Shown in pieces: positions 17,808 through 26,319 of a stretch of 64,000 nucleotides of DNA. Each line of letters starts with the position of its first letter. The stretch's first letter is position 1. The translations under genes and the position numbers were made by a program. Under the pieces are notes generated by a model, which did not search any database, was not told the origin of the DNA, and worked only from the letters and a program-made list of their open reading frames with translations. Source of the stretch: a virus (taxonomy: Duplodnaviria > Caudoviricetes); IMG/VR virus record IMGVR_UViG_3300032305_001907, positions 5,616-69,615 of that record, one strand, 5' to 3'.

Positions 17808-18059
17808 CTACTTTAAGAAGTGCCGCCACATGGGCTCGGCGGGCACAAAGGGCGATGCCATCATATCAGCAGGCTTGACAAACGCAACCCTCCATGCAGG
17901 CAAGGTTTCAGTGCGGTAGTCCGTGTGTTCCATGCGATAGAAGCCCTGATAGGGCTCTTCAACGGCCCTGAAGCCTGCTTTCCAACATCCTGGCTCGCCT
18001 AGACCATTCTTAAACCACACCCATGCTGTGCGGCTCATGGTCGATTTTTTGGGCGCCAT
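17808..18059 (-). CDS. Hypothetical protein
   Basis: 83 aa from MAPKKS. Confidence 0.5.
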   Translation of the reverse strand: MAPKKSTMSRTAWVWFKNGLGEPGCWKAGFRAVEEPYQGFYRMEHTDYRTETLPAWRVAFVKPADMMASPFVPAEPMWRHFLK

Positions 18060-18075
18060 AGAAACAATGGGGAAA

Positions 18076-18141
18076 GAGCTGGGATGGATTTGAACCACCA
18101 CTCTGGCCTTATCGGTCTGCCTCTTCTTGGGCTACCAGCTC
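18076..18141 (-). ncRNA. tRNA-like RNA B with shortened anticodon arm (66 nt)
   Basis: GAGCTGG/CCAGCTC acceptor, TA-GCCCAA D-arm start, GGTGG-TTCAAAT-CCATC T arm; anticodon arm only GACC-GATAA-GGCC; no encoded CCA. Confidence 0.65.
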
Positions 18142-18145
18142 AATG

Positions 18146-18215
18146 GGGCGGAAAGGCTGGTGATCATCGCCTTCTGGGCTATCTGCCCAACGCGCATGAC
18201 CTCCTCTCTCCGCCC
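18146..18215 (-). ncRNA. tRNA-like cloverleaf RNA A (70 nt), non-canonical loops
   Basis: GGGCGGA/TCCGCCC closing stem, TGGGC-AGATA-GCCCA arm, AAGGC/GCCTT arm stacked on closing stem; TATATT -10 at 18223-18228. Confidence 0.45.
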
Positions 18216-18231
18216 GGCAGTCAATATAGCA

Positions 18232-18969
18232 CTACGCAGCGCCGTAAGATGGCAAATTTAGTGCATTGCTCTCAAAGAAACTAGGCATGACACTCCGGCG
18301 AGTGGAAGATAGCTCAGGAGCTTTACCTTCGTAGAATAGTTTGTCAGACTGCCGAAGCCAAAAGTCCTTATCAAGCCACTTGTCGTCAGAAGGACCAAGC
18401 TTGTCATAAATCCATAGTGCCGTCATCTTCCGAAGCTCATTCAAGCTCTTACCATAGGTCTCATTCATCTCATCGCAAATCTTCGTATGCACAAAGGCAT
18501 GACAGATTTCATCACGACTAATGTCACTAGCAACAGTACGAATGCCCTTGTCGCCATTGAAACGGAAGAACGGAAGAATGGTGAAGAACAAGCTTCGCTC
18601 CAATACTGCTACTTTTGCAAGAGGATGGGCAGGATGCGCCAGCCAAGCATCACGAATGCGAAGGGCCTCCTTCTCCGCCGCTTCATCTACGCCATGGGCA
18701 GCAGCAACGTAGTTCAGTGCTTCATCATGACGCTCTTCATCTAAAATGTTGCTTTCAATGGCTTCAATCAAGCCTGGTGTGGAAGGAAGATCACGCTCCA
18801 ATCCTTCATGAAGCATGGTCTTCACTGGCAGCTCAAGGTGACGAATGGCCAGCGCACGAAGAATTGTTTCTTCTGAACCATCGCGCAACGCTCCCTTACT
18901 TACGGCAACTGCTTGCCAAGGGCGTTTTTTCGCAATTGCAGCAGTGTACTCAGACCGTTCGATGCTCAT
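18232..18969 (-). CDS. nrdB: Ribonucleotide reductase class I beta subunit (short cyanophage type)
   Basis: Ferritin-like DEERH and ISRDEICH di-metal motifs; KRPWQAV N-terminus; adjacent to alpha. Confidence 0.8.
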   Translation of the reverse strand: MSIERSEYTAAIAKKRPWQAVAVSKGALRDGSEETILRALAIRHLELPVKTMLHEGLERDLPSTPGLIEAIESNILDEERHDEALNYVAAAHGVDEAAEKEALRIRDAWLAHPAHPLAKVAVLERSLFFTILPFFRFNGDKGIRTVASDISRDEICHAFVHTKICDEMNETYGKSLNELRKMTALWIYDKLGPSDDKWLDKDFWLRQSDKLFYEGKAPELSSTRRSVMPSFFESNALNLPSYGAA

Positions 18970-19036
18970 TTGTTTATAGCAATGGGAAAAATAGACAAGA
19001 AAGGGCAGTAAAATACTGCCCACAAATACGCTTAAA

Positions 19037-20452
19037 TTATTCCGCGCAACGGCTGCAATAGTCAGGCGCAGCAAGTGGCTCTTCGACGGTTTCTTCCATA
19101 TTGAAGAAACTTGTGAAGTCTCCTCCTAATTCTACACCAACATCATCCTTGGCCTGGGTGTTTTCTTGCACCTGCAAGGCATAATAAAGCGACGTTTGTG
19201 GTGAATCCAGCCATTCCTTAAGGAAGGCTTCATCATAAACAACCATGTCGCTCCATGAATTCATCGAATAGCCATGGAACATGCCGGTGCGTTGCATCAT
19301 CATCACCAGACCATCTGCCACTTTCTTGAAGGATGACCAGCCCACTTCAGAAGCAGTCTCGACATCGCCGTAGTCAAAACTTTCCACACCCATCGTTTCA
19401 CTGTCCCTATCCACTTCACGGGCAATGGGAGGGGCAATTTCGGGCGTGGTCGTAAAACCACGAGCATCGAGATAGCGGTAGGAGCAGGAAGCCGTAGGGG
19501 CAATGGTAAGGGCACGTTCCATGCCATGTGCCTTGGCCACACTCGCGGCCTGAATGAAGGCCAGCTCGAAGCTCTTAGCGGCTTGCCATGCCTCGGTTTG
19601 CTCCACTGGCAGATTGCCAAGCACTGCCTCCAATGCGTCACCAAATTCCTTATAGGAAATGTCATGGATGGCAAGGAAGTTAGCAAGACCAAGCATGCCC
19701 AGTCCCACTTGCTTGTCAATTTCGGGAGGAAGATACTGGCCAGTATCACCAACGCCAGTGGTTGGATGAAGCTGGCACAGTTCAGTCATGCCACTAATAA
19801 ACACATGGGGCAGTTCTTCAATGGAACAAGCGCCAAGGTTTACATGCTGAAGCAAGCAAGTGCCACGATGGGGAAGAAAAATTTCAAGACATACATTGGC
19901 ATAGATGCGCTCGCCCTCTTCGTTGAAGACAATCTTCGTAAGCCATAAGTCACCACTTGCAATGGCCTTTAGACAGGCAGCAATTAGCTCCTTGGAGGCA
20001 TTTTTCAGGAAGTCTTGGTCAACATTCAAGCAACGCTTTGCCCATGGCAATTCAGCACGGCTTGCCTTGACAAATTCAATGGCATCAGGATGGTCATAGT
20101 CCAAATGCAACGTAATTGCACCATTGCGGAACTTACCACCACGACGCAAGATTTCATTGAGCTTACTATAGATGGTGGCAAAACTAACAGGACCGCTTGC
20201 AATGAGGCCTTTGCCATTGTCAGTGCCACGAGCACGAAGGTTGGACAAATGTACTGCCACGCCAGCAGCATTACGCAGACCATGGCTAACAAAACGCCAT
20301 GATGCTTCAATGCCGTCTTCATTTTCCATATCGTCTTCTACGACGAAGACAGTGCAGCTTACGGGCAGACGGCTTTCGGGCGAATCAAGCCAATCTTGTA
20401 CTCGACCAGTGCGGGCAATCTTTTCGCAACGTGCGTTTTCTTTCAGACTCAT
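19037..20452 (-). CDS. nrdA: Ribonucleotide reductase alpha subunit (short, no ATP cone, cyanophage type)
   Basis: RLPVSCTVF, ANVCLEI (thiyl Cys), TCLLQHVNLG, IAPTASCS, SLYYAL, C-terminal CxxC (YCSRCAE). Confidence 0.9.
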   Translation of the reverse strand: MSLKENARCEKIARTGRVQDWLDSPESRLPVSCTVFVVEDDMENEDGIEASWRFVSHGLRNAAGVAVHLSNLRARGTDNGKGLIASGPVSFATIYSKLNEILRRGGKFRNGAITLHLDYDHPDAIEFVKASRAELPWAKRCLNVDQDFLKNASKELIAACLKAIASGDLWLTKIVFNEEGERIYANVCLEIFLPHRGTCLLQHVNLGACSIEELPHVFISGMTELCQLHPTTGVGDTGQYLPPEIDKQVGLGMLGLANFLAIHDISYKEFGDALEAVLGNLPVEQTEAWQAAKSFELAFIQAASVAKAHGMERALTIAPTASCSYRYLDARGFTTTPEIAPPIAREVDRDSETMGVESFDYGDVETASEVGWSSFKKVADGLVMMMQRTGMFHGYSMNSWSDMVVYDEAFLKEWLDSPQTSLYYALQVQENTQAKDDVGVELGGDFTSFFNMEETVEEPLAAPDYCSRCAE

Positions 20453-20458
20453 GAGACA

Positions 20459-20478
20459 AGAAAAGGGCCTCGCGGCCC
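20459..20478 (-). terminator. Intrinsic terminator
   Basis: Minus GGGCC-GCGA-GGCCC followed by TTTTCTT. Confidence 0.6.
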
Positions 20479-20508
20479 TCGGGAATCAACAGGCACAGGC
20501 TAGCACGG

Positions 20509-20703
20509 CTAAGCTTCGCTGCCGATGGCCATCGTAATAAAACGCAATGCTTCAGTCTTTGTACGGAAATAATACGGCTTTTCTCCGTGGGCAATGAACC
20601 AGGAGAAACCAGGCCTTGAATGCACGGGCCAAACTTTAATGCCGCTGGTGGTGAAAGGAGAAGCAATATCGTCCAAGTTGAAGTCAGTCATAAAAAAGCC
20701 CAA
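20509..20703 (-). CDS. Hypothetical protein
   Basis: ~60-aa ORF, co-oriented. Confidence 0.5.
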   Translation of the reverse strand: MGFFMTDFNLDDIASPFTTSGIKVWPVHSRPGFSWFIAHGEKPYYFRTKTEALRFITMAIGSEA

Positions 20704-20753
20704 CGCTATTTACGTTAGGCACAATGGGGAAGAGAAGGAGTAGTGGGGAGTTA

Positions 20754-21155
20754 CTATTCTGACTTTTTGATAATGAATGGCGAGAATAACTCTTTAATGT
20801 CACTCCTTGAGTTGAAACCGTATTGATACCCCATTCCCGCCAAGCCTTCATCCAGCCATTCGTAGATCAAAGTGAAGATTTCATCAATGGCCGTATGAGC
20901 ACTGATATTGCCGAATGGATGACGATACTTCTCGATGACTGCAATTGCTTCATCATAAACATCAGGCTCTTCTTCCTCTTCTTCTTTTTCCGTCTCTAGC
21001 TCGTCCTTGGCAATCATATAGGCAAGAGCTGCTGCGATTGACTTATCAGCGCACCAATAAAAATCCTCTTGAAAGCGTTCCTTTAGCGCGTCAAATTCTG
21101 AGCGATCGCCCATTACATGCTTGTTGATAGCTTGGATGAAATCTTTTGAAGCCAT
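20754..21155 (-). CDS. Hypothetical acidic protein
   Basis: 133-aa ORF. Confidence 0.6.
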   Translation of the reverse strand: MASKDFIQAINKHVMGDRSEFDALKERFQEDFYWCADKSIAAALAYMIAKDELETEKEEEEEEPDVYDEAIAVIEKYRHPFGNISAHTAIDEIFTLIYEWLDEGLAGMGYQYGFNSRSDIKELFSPFIIKKSE

Positions 21156-21158
21156 GGT

Positions 21159-21407
21159 TTACCAGTCGGGATAGAGGGACGATGGGAGGGAGTCAACGGT
21201 AATGGCAGTGTCCAGGCACTCGGCCTGGTAGCCATTAAACGAGCCCCCACGAGGAGGATTGTACAGCAGCGTCTTCTTGGGCGCAACGGCTGCCAACACC
21301 TCCTTCCTTGCCTGGCCTGCATAGCGCCGTGCCATCACGCGCAAGCGCCAGACGCTTGTCACTGTGACGAACTCCTCCAGAGGATCGTTGTAGTTGCTTT
21401 TGGCCAT
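21159..21407 (-). CDS. Hypothetical protein
   Basis: 82-aa ORF. Confidence 0.55.
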   Translation of the reverse strand: MAKSNYNDPLEEFVTVTSVWRLRVMARRYAGQARKEVLAAVAPKKTLLYNPPRGGSFNGYQAECLDTAITVDSLPSSLYPDW

Positions 21408-22154
21408 GACTGGTGCTGGTTTTACTGGCAGTTTAATGCTGGTTTCACCGAACCAGGCCTTTCCATTGAATTGTTAAGAAATTCTGTAATTTTTTCCAAA
21501 GGATTGCTTCGCAATTAAGCTATGACTACTGTCTCATCACAAGACTCAAGCAAGACAGTGCGAAAAAGTTCTACAATAGTAGTGAGGGCACGTTGCATCT
21601 CGTCACAGTCACGAGCAGTTACTCTCCCTTCGCTGAGCCCTTCGCGAAGGAAGCCCCAAGCGATGGTTCCTAAGGGCTCCTCTCCTCCCTTCCTTTAACA
21701 ACTGCTTTCTGCCGTTCGTTCGTAAGGAAGCCACGCGCAGGAGCCCCCAAGGCGATCGTTTCCTAGGCTTCCTTTTACAATTCTTCTTCTCTTAACGAAA
21801 CGTTACGACGGAAGAGAATAACGCCCATGGTGTGGCCGTACAAGCCAGGCATTGATTTTTCAGGAAAAAGCAATATCTAGAAGGACTCAAAAAACGATCG
21901 CTGAATGACGCTCTTGGGGAGCTACCTTCGCGAGCGATCGCAAACGTCGTAGTGACCTCACTTCTACTTCGTAAACTGCTAGATCGTTCGGTCAGTTAAT
22001 ACTAATGCGCCCATCGTAAAATGTAACTGAGGGGGAACAAACTAAATGAAAAATAGCGCCGCTGCTAAAAGGGGATACCCCGCGCCCGACCGCCTTATTT
22101 TCCAGGTTACCGCTCCAGCCATCCTCGCACACTATCGGCCAGGATCGCGGAAAA

Positions 22155-22172
22155 GTTACAAAAGTTTACAAT
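22155..22172 (+). promoter_or_regulatory. Perfect HLR1 (RpaB-type) direct repeat
   Basis: GTTACAAA-AG-TTTACAAT matches (G/T)TTACA(T/A)(T/A)-N2-(G/T)TTACA(T/A)(T/A). Confidence 0.6.
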
Positions 22173-22396
22173 CGGACTGGTAAGCTATTGAAACCCTTGT
22201 TGAGAATGGTTCGCAATTGTGAGAATTGTCCCCTTCCCCCTTGTGATCGGCCGTCACTAGGACTGTCTGCCGCTTCCATGCTCGCCAGCCTGTCCCAGGA
22301 TCGCCTACAGCATGCCCGCCCATTGCCGCCCATAAAGAAACCCCCTGACCGTGGCCAAGGGGCTTCTAAGGGCTTCTAGGCTAGGCTCACTAAATA

Positions 22397-22597
22397 TTAG
22401 AAACCCCCTTCCATTTCACAATGCCAAACTAAACTTTCTAGTTCATAAATAGAGTCTTCCAACTCTAAATTAGTGTGGCCCGTCCATTTGTAGTCCTCCA
22501 AGTTGGATTTAAGTTCGGCCAGAGTAGACTTGGCGTCATCTAGAGAGGGGAAATGATAATCAGCCCAAGATAGATTGGAGAGGTCGGAAAGATTCAT
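22397..22597 (-). CDS. Hypothetical acidic protein
   Basis: 66-aa ORF. Confidence 0.5.
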   Translation of the reverse strand: MNLSDLSNLSWADYHFPSLDDAKSTLAELKSNLEDYKWTGHTNLELEDSIYELESLVWHCEMEGGF

Positions 22598-22661
22598 GAG
22601 AGGAAAAGATCAGGGGAAAAGTGAAAAGAAAGGCCGACAATTGTCGGCCCATTGTTTTAAC

Positions 22662-23933
22662 TTAGGAGATGCAGAATGCACGCTTAAATGCTTCTTTTTC
22701 TACGGGCCCCATAGGAGAGCCAACTGGTAGTTTATAGCGTAGGCCGACTATAACACCAGCGGGATCGGCTGGCCTGTAATCTGTTAAGTCACCATCAATG
22801 ATGGGGAGGTTAAAGTCCGCCAATCCGCCAGACTCTAGGACTGAGGGTAGAGCATAGCCGCGCTTAATGTTAAATGCTGCGGCAATATTAACGCCATTTG
22901 CTATAGCTTCGCGGCAAAGCTTAAGATTGCCAGCATTGTCCCAACCATCGAATGAGAATGTAAGATGATAGCCCAGATAGGCACAGAGTCCCCAATCACG
23001 GCGGATTTTGCTGTAATCGTAGAACTTACAATCTACGTCTAAGGAGTTGACAAGCTCAAAGATATTCTGACGACCAACCAACAATTGGCGCCCATACTTG
23101 ACGCGGCAGAATGTAGCAAACTCGGCCGAAACATTAAAGTCTACATTCTCCCAGGCTACGTCAGACGTACCGTTTAAGCGAATGGCGATCGGTTCGCCGT
23201 TTGCTTTTTTGATCTTGTCTAAAATCGAGCAAACTAGCACCCTCATAAACGCTTCGGGATTCTGAATATAGGCCAGGGTTCGGCGGATTCTGGCCGCTTG
23301 TTTCGCTTCCATGTATACTGGGTTACCGGCAGAGTGAAGACAGATCTTTTTACAGTTGCCAGCACCGGGGCAAACGTTAACGCCTGACAGATTGTGCGGG
23401 GCAAGATGTAAGATGTAGGTTTGCGGGTCGCCATTCTTGAGCGACTTTTCCGTTTTAGGGTTGATGCTTAAAAGATTGGCCGGAGTGATCTTGTATAGAT
23501 TCTCCGTGCTCTTAAGCTCGGGGAACGTGGCGCGACTGTTTAGGAACGGAGCGCTTGCCCCTTGTTGTGGTTGTTGTTGTGATTGCGCTTGCCAGATTGG
23601 CAGGCTAGGAGCGGGTGACAATGGGGCAAGCGGGACAGGTGCGGCGATCTCACCGGGGAGAATCGGAGAAGGGGCAGCAGGGGCAGCAGGGGCAGCCAGA
23701 GCCTCGCCAGCGTCGGTCAGGCTCACCCAGTAGCACGCGCTAGGGGCGCCGTTGTCGTCGCGGTTTGAATCGACTAGGCCTTTACGGACAAGACTCCCCA
23801 GGACGGCGGAGAGGCTCCGGGAAGATTCGGCCAGTTCATGGAGCCAACCGCAACCAGGTTCGTCCATACCTTCTACGATGGCGGCGAAAAGGGCAGACTC
23901 CTTAGCAGTGAGGGAAGCGTAGGAAGCAGTCAT
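22662..23933 (-). CDS. GP88-like protein with N-terminal winged-helix-like domain and Pro/Ala linker
   Basis: CPGAGNCKKICLHSAG, IRLNGTSD, FYDYSK, YHLTFS, IDGDLTDYRPADP motifs; N-terminal ~80 aa SLSAVLGSLVRKGLV...WVSLTDAG. Confidence 0.6.
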   Translation of the reverse strand: MTASYASLTAKESALFAAIVEGMDEPGCGWLHELAESSRSLSAVLGSLVRKGLVDSNRDDNGAPSACYWVSLTDAGEALAAPAAPAAPSPILPGEIAAPVPLAPLSPAPSLPIWQAQSQQQPQQGASAPFLNSRATFPELKSTENLYKITPANLLSINPKTEKSLKNGDPQTYILHLAPHNLSGVNVCPGAGNCKKICLHSAGNPVYMEAKQAARIRRTLAYIQNPEAFMRVLVCSILDKIKKANGEPIAIRLNGTSDVAWENVDFNVSAEFATFCRVKYGRQLLVGRQNIFELVNSLDVDCKFYDYSKIRRDWGLCAYLGYHLTFSFDGWDNAGNLKLCREAIANGVNIAAAFNIKRGYALPSVLESGGLADFNLPIIDGDLTDYRPADPAGVIVGLRYKLPVGSPMGPVEKEAFKRAFCIS

Positions 23934-24300
23934 GATTGAAAGGCGGGGGGAACGTGCCGGGATCGATTCCGGCTCCCAAAGCATAAGGGGCAGTATCGCG
24001 CAACGTATCGCCTAGGTGTGCCACTGCTAAAACCGTCCACCTGGCGCAGTCGTTGCAAGGGCCTGTGATACGGGGGAGGCTATGGGAGCACTGGAGCCTG
24101 CCCGATGAATTGCCTGCCCGATAGCCTGCCATCCCGTCAAGCCAGCGCAACATTCCGTCACAATCCGCCGCCTACCATACGTTGCGCTAGTCTCGCGAGT
24201 CTCGCAACAATTCGCAACAATACGCTAGCGTTATGGTTAACATTTAAGGCAGCGGCAGTAAGCATCACCCAGCGCGGCAATCCTGGCGCCTGGCAACATT

Positions 24301-24468
24301 ATGCAAATTCCGCAAAGTAAAAAGTTGCGAATTCTGCAAAGTGAGAAGTTGCAAATTTTGCAAAGTAAAAAGTTGCGAATCCCGCAAAGTGAGAAGTTGC
24401 GAATCCCGCAAAGCAAGATTGTGCGAATTCCGCAAAGTAAAAAGTTGCAAATTCTGCAAAGTAACATT
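24301..24468. repeat. Tandem array of seven 24-bp units, each with TTGC-N7-GCAA dyad
   Basis: Consensus TTGCRAATYYYGCAAAGTRARAAG; unit starts 24301, 24325, 24349, 24373, 24397, 24421, 24445. Confidence 0.95.
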
Positions 24469-24605
24469 GTGAAGAAATGTTAAGTGAAAAGATTAAGAAA
24501 TGTTAAAAATGTTAATTTGCAAATTTTACAAAGCGAAAAGATTAAGAAATGTTAAAATAACATTATTGAGAAATGTTAAAAATAACAACATGACGAAAAT
24601 GTTGA
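24469..24605. repeat. AT-rich degenerate repeats (TTAAGAAATGTTAAAA)
   Basis: Several copies of AAATGTTAA immediately after the 24-bp array. Confidence 0.65.
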
Positions 24606-24616
24606 TATAACCAACC

Positions 24617-24721
24617 ATACAACCTTAGCCGGATCCTATACAACCCTGGCCGGATCTTGATACGTCACCAGCCTTGCCCAATACAAAACCAGCCAGTTCC
24701 TAGCCGGATCCTGGCCGGATC
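24617..24721. repeat. Four GCCGGATC direct repeats
   Basis: ATACAACCYTRGCCGGATC twice (24617, 24638) plus CCTAGCCGGATC and CTGGCCGGATC. Confidence 0.8.
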
Positions 24722-24878
24722 TGCCTTCACCACCCCTTTCCCTCTTGAGCCGCCTCACAAGCGGCTTCTTCGCTATCGTAAGGCCCGCCAATTCCTTCCC
24801 CATCGTCTTCATGCCAGTACCAGCCTTCCACGAGTTCTGTGCCCCTGCAGCATTCAGCATTAAACCAGTCAACTAGCT

Positions 24879-25109
24879 TCATGATTGCTCGTGCTCCATT
24901 TGTGTTGGCGATGGTGAAGGAAACTCGGGGGGGAAATTAAACAGTTTTTCTATGCGATACAATTCGGCATCAAAGCATTCTGCGGTTTGAAAATCAGTAA
25001 GTTCCTCATCCTCGCATCTATCAACAAGCATCATCAAATCAAAACGGGTGATAGTGCGTAGTTTTTCAAGGATGAATGCTCGAACAAACTCTTTATGAAC
25101 TAGCTTCAT
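24879..25109 (-). CDS. Hypothetical early protein
   Basis: 76 aa, ATGA overlap. Confidence 0.55.
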   Translation of the reverse strand: MKLVHKEFVRAFILEKLRTITRFDLMMLVDRCEDEELTDFQTAECFDAELYRIEKLFNFPPEFPSPSPTQMEHEQS

Positions 25110-25375
25110 GATTCTCCCTTCTTGAGACCAACATTTGCCCTGAAGCTATCTTCGCTATAGTCACCAGAATAAAGCAAGTCAATATGGCGCATCATTGTAG
25201 CTATCTTCTCCATTTGCTTAAGTTGTTTCTTCAAGAATGCAATGGTCGTCGGGGAATAGTTGTGGCAATAGCCCCATTCATCTTTTGTCCCATTGAAATC
25301 AATTGCATTACGAAGATCAGCAGTGAAGTCATTGATCCTGTGGTAGGAATAGTCGCCCAGTGCTCCGCCTGACAT
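25106..25375 (-). CDS. Hypothetical early protein
   Basis: MSGGALGDYSY...IDLLYSGDYSEDSF, a phage-type small protein. Confidence 0.65.
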   Translation of the reverse strand: MSGGALGDYSYHRINDFTADLRNAIDFNGTKDEWGYCHNYSPTTIAFLKKQLKQMEKIATMMRHIDLLYSGDYSEDSFRANVGLKKGES

Positions 25376-25384
25376 AAGAAAGCC

Positions 25385-25678
25385 TCAGAATTGACCTAAG
25401 AGAAGGGCGTGGTTCTTTTCAGAAGCACGATAGAAAGCATACCATGATTCGCTGCGTTCCATGCCGCCTTCACCGTCGGGCTCAGCATCCCATTCTTTAC
25501 GCCAAATACCCTTGCATTCTTCACCGTGAAAAACGCCAATGCAATCTTCGCCATCTTCCATGGCAAGCCTAGTGTGAAAGATGACATCCCTTAGCGTGCT
25601 GCATTGATACTTGCCTTTTGTGGGGTCGAAGTAGGGACCGTGATCAGTGCGAGTGCGAACGTAAGCGAGAGCAGTCAT
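25385..25678 (-). CDS. Hypothetical early protein
   Basis: 97 aa from MTALAY. Confidence 0.55.
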   Translation of the reverse strand: MTALAYVRTRTDHGPYFDPTKGKYQCSTLRDVIFHTRLAMEDGEDCIGVFHGEECKGIWRKEWDAEPDGEGGMERSESWYAFYRASEKNHALLLGQF

Positions 25679-25707
25679 TTTAGGAGAGCAATGGGAAAGG
25701 GAAATAG

Positions 25708-25893
25708 TCAATCGTTTTCAATAATGCGGAAGTCAGGATCATCCTGCTTTTTTATCCATCGACACTGATTGGTACCAGGAATGACGATGAACATTTTGTC
25801 GTGATGATCTTGCTCGACAATTGCGAGCGTCAGCTTTTTGCCAATGCGGCTCTTGCCTTTGTCGCTGATAGCAAGGATGTTAATGGCAGTCAT
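25708..25893 (-). CDS. Hypothetical early protein
   Basis: 61 aa, ends RWIKKQDDPDFRII. Confidence 0.55.
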   Translation of the reverse strand: MTAINILAISDKGKSRIGKKLTLAIVEQDHHDKMFIVIPGTNQCRWIKKQDDPDFRIIEND

Positions 25894-25936
25894 GGTTTTA
25901 GAGGATGGTAAATGGCGTAATTAGTCACTTTGGCCG

Positions 25937-26203
25937 CTAAAAAGGTCCATGCATTGAACTTTGCCAACGTCGTTCTTTAGGTAAATAATACAACCATTTG
26001 GAATATTGGCCGTTATCAATTTCTGCATAAAGGTCTTCATAGCGCATCATATAGTGACATTTGATTAGAGTCTTTTCCTCAGCATCTGGGAATGGAATTC
26101 CATGGCGATCTAGCCAATCGCGCCATGTCTCGTCTAGGCGCTTTGATAGGTGAATCAGCGGCTTTGAATTTTTAAATGAATCAACCGTGTTAATGTTCTT
26201 CAT
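25937..26203 (-). CDS. Hypothetical early protein (AT-rich)
   Basis: 88-aa ORF. Confidence 0.55.
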   Translation of the reverse strand: MKNINTVDSFKNSKPLIHLSKRLDETWRDWLDRHGIPFPDAEEKTLIKCHYMMRYEDLYAEIDNGQYSKWLYYLPKERRWQSSMHGPF

Positions 26204-26319
26204 GGCTTGAGGGAACGTAGAAGGGCTTTACGACGGGCCTTGGCGGCCCTTAGGGCTTGTGGCTTGAGCCTCCGCTTGGGAGGCTTGCCGCTGTTGTGCT
26301 GGTGGTTGGGAACATTCAT
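26200..26319 (-). CDS. 39-aa basic peptide of a type recalled from cyanophages
   Basis: MNVPNHQHNSGKPPKRRLKPQALRAAKARRKALLRSLKP; ATGA overlaps at both ends. Confidence 0.65.
   Translation of the reverse strand: MNVPNHQHNSGKPPKRRLKPQALRAAKARRKALLRSLKP

Noticed and set aside
18076-18141. Functional tRNA-Ile(GAT)
   Set aside because: Anticodon arm is ~4 nt short and lacks a 5-bp stem with 7-nt loop; reported only as tRNA-like
21102-21942. HIP1 (GCGATCGC) enrichment as a host signal
   Set aside because: Only a couple of copies noticed; not distinguishable from chance without counting
24301-24468. CRISPR or mini-CRISPR array
   Set aside because: Units are contiguous 24-mers with no unique spacers, and no cas genes are in the window
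24237-24483. ORFs over the 24-bp array (60-76 aa, both strands)
   Set aside because: Open frames arise from the 24-nt period; variation is not synonymous-biased; treated as non-coding
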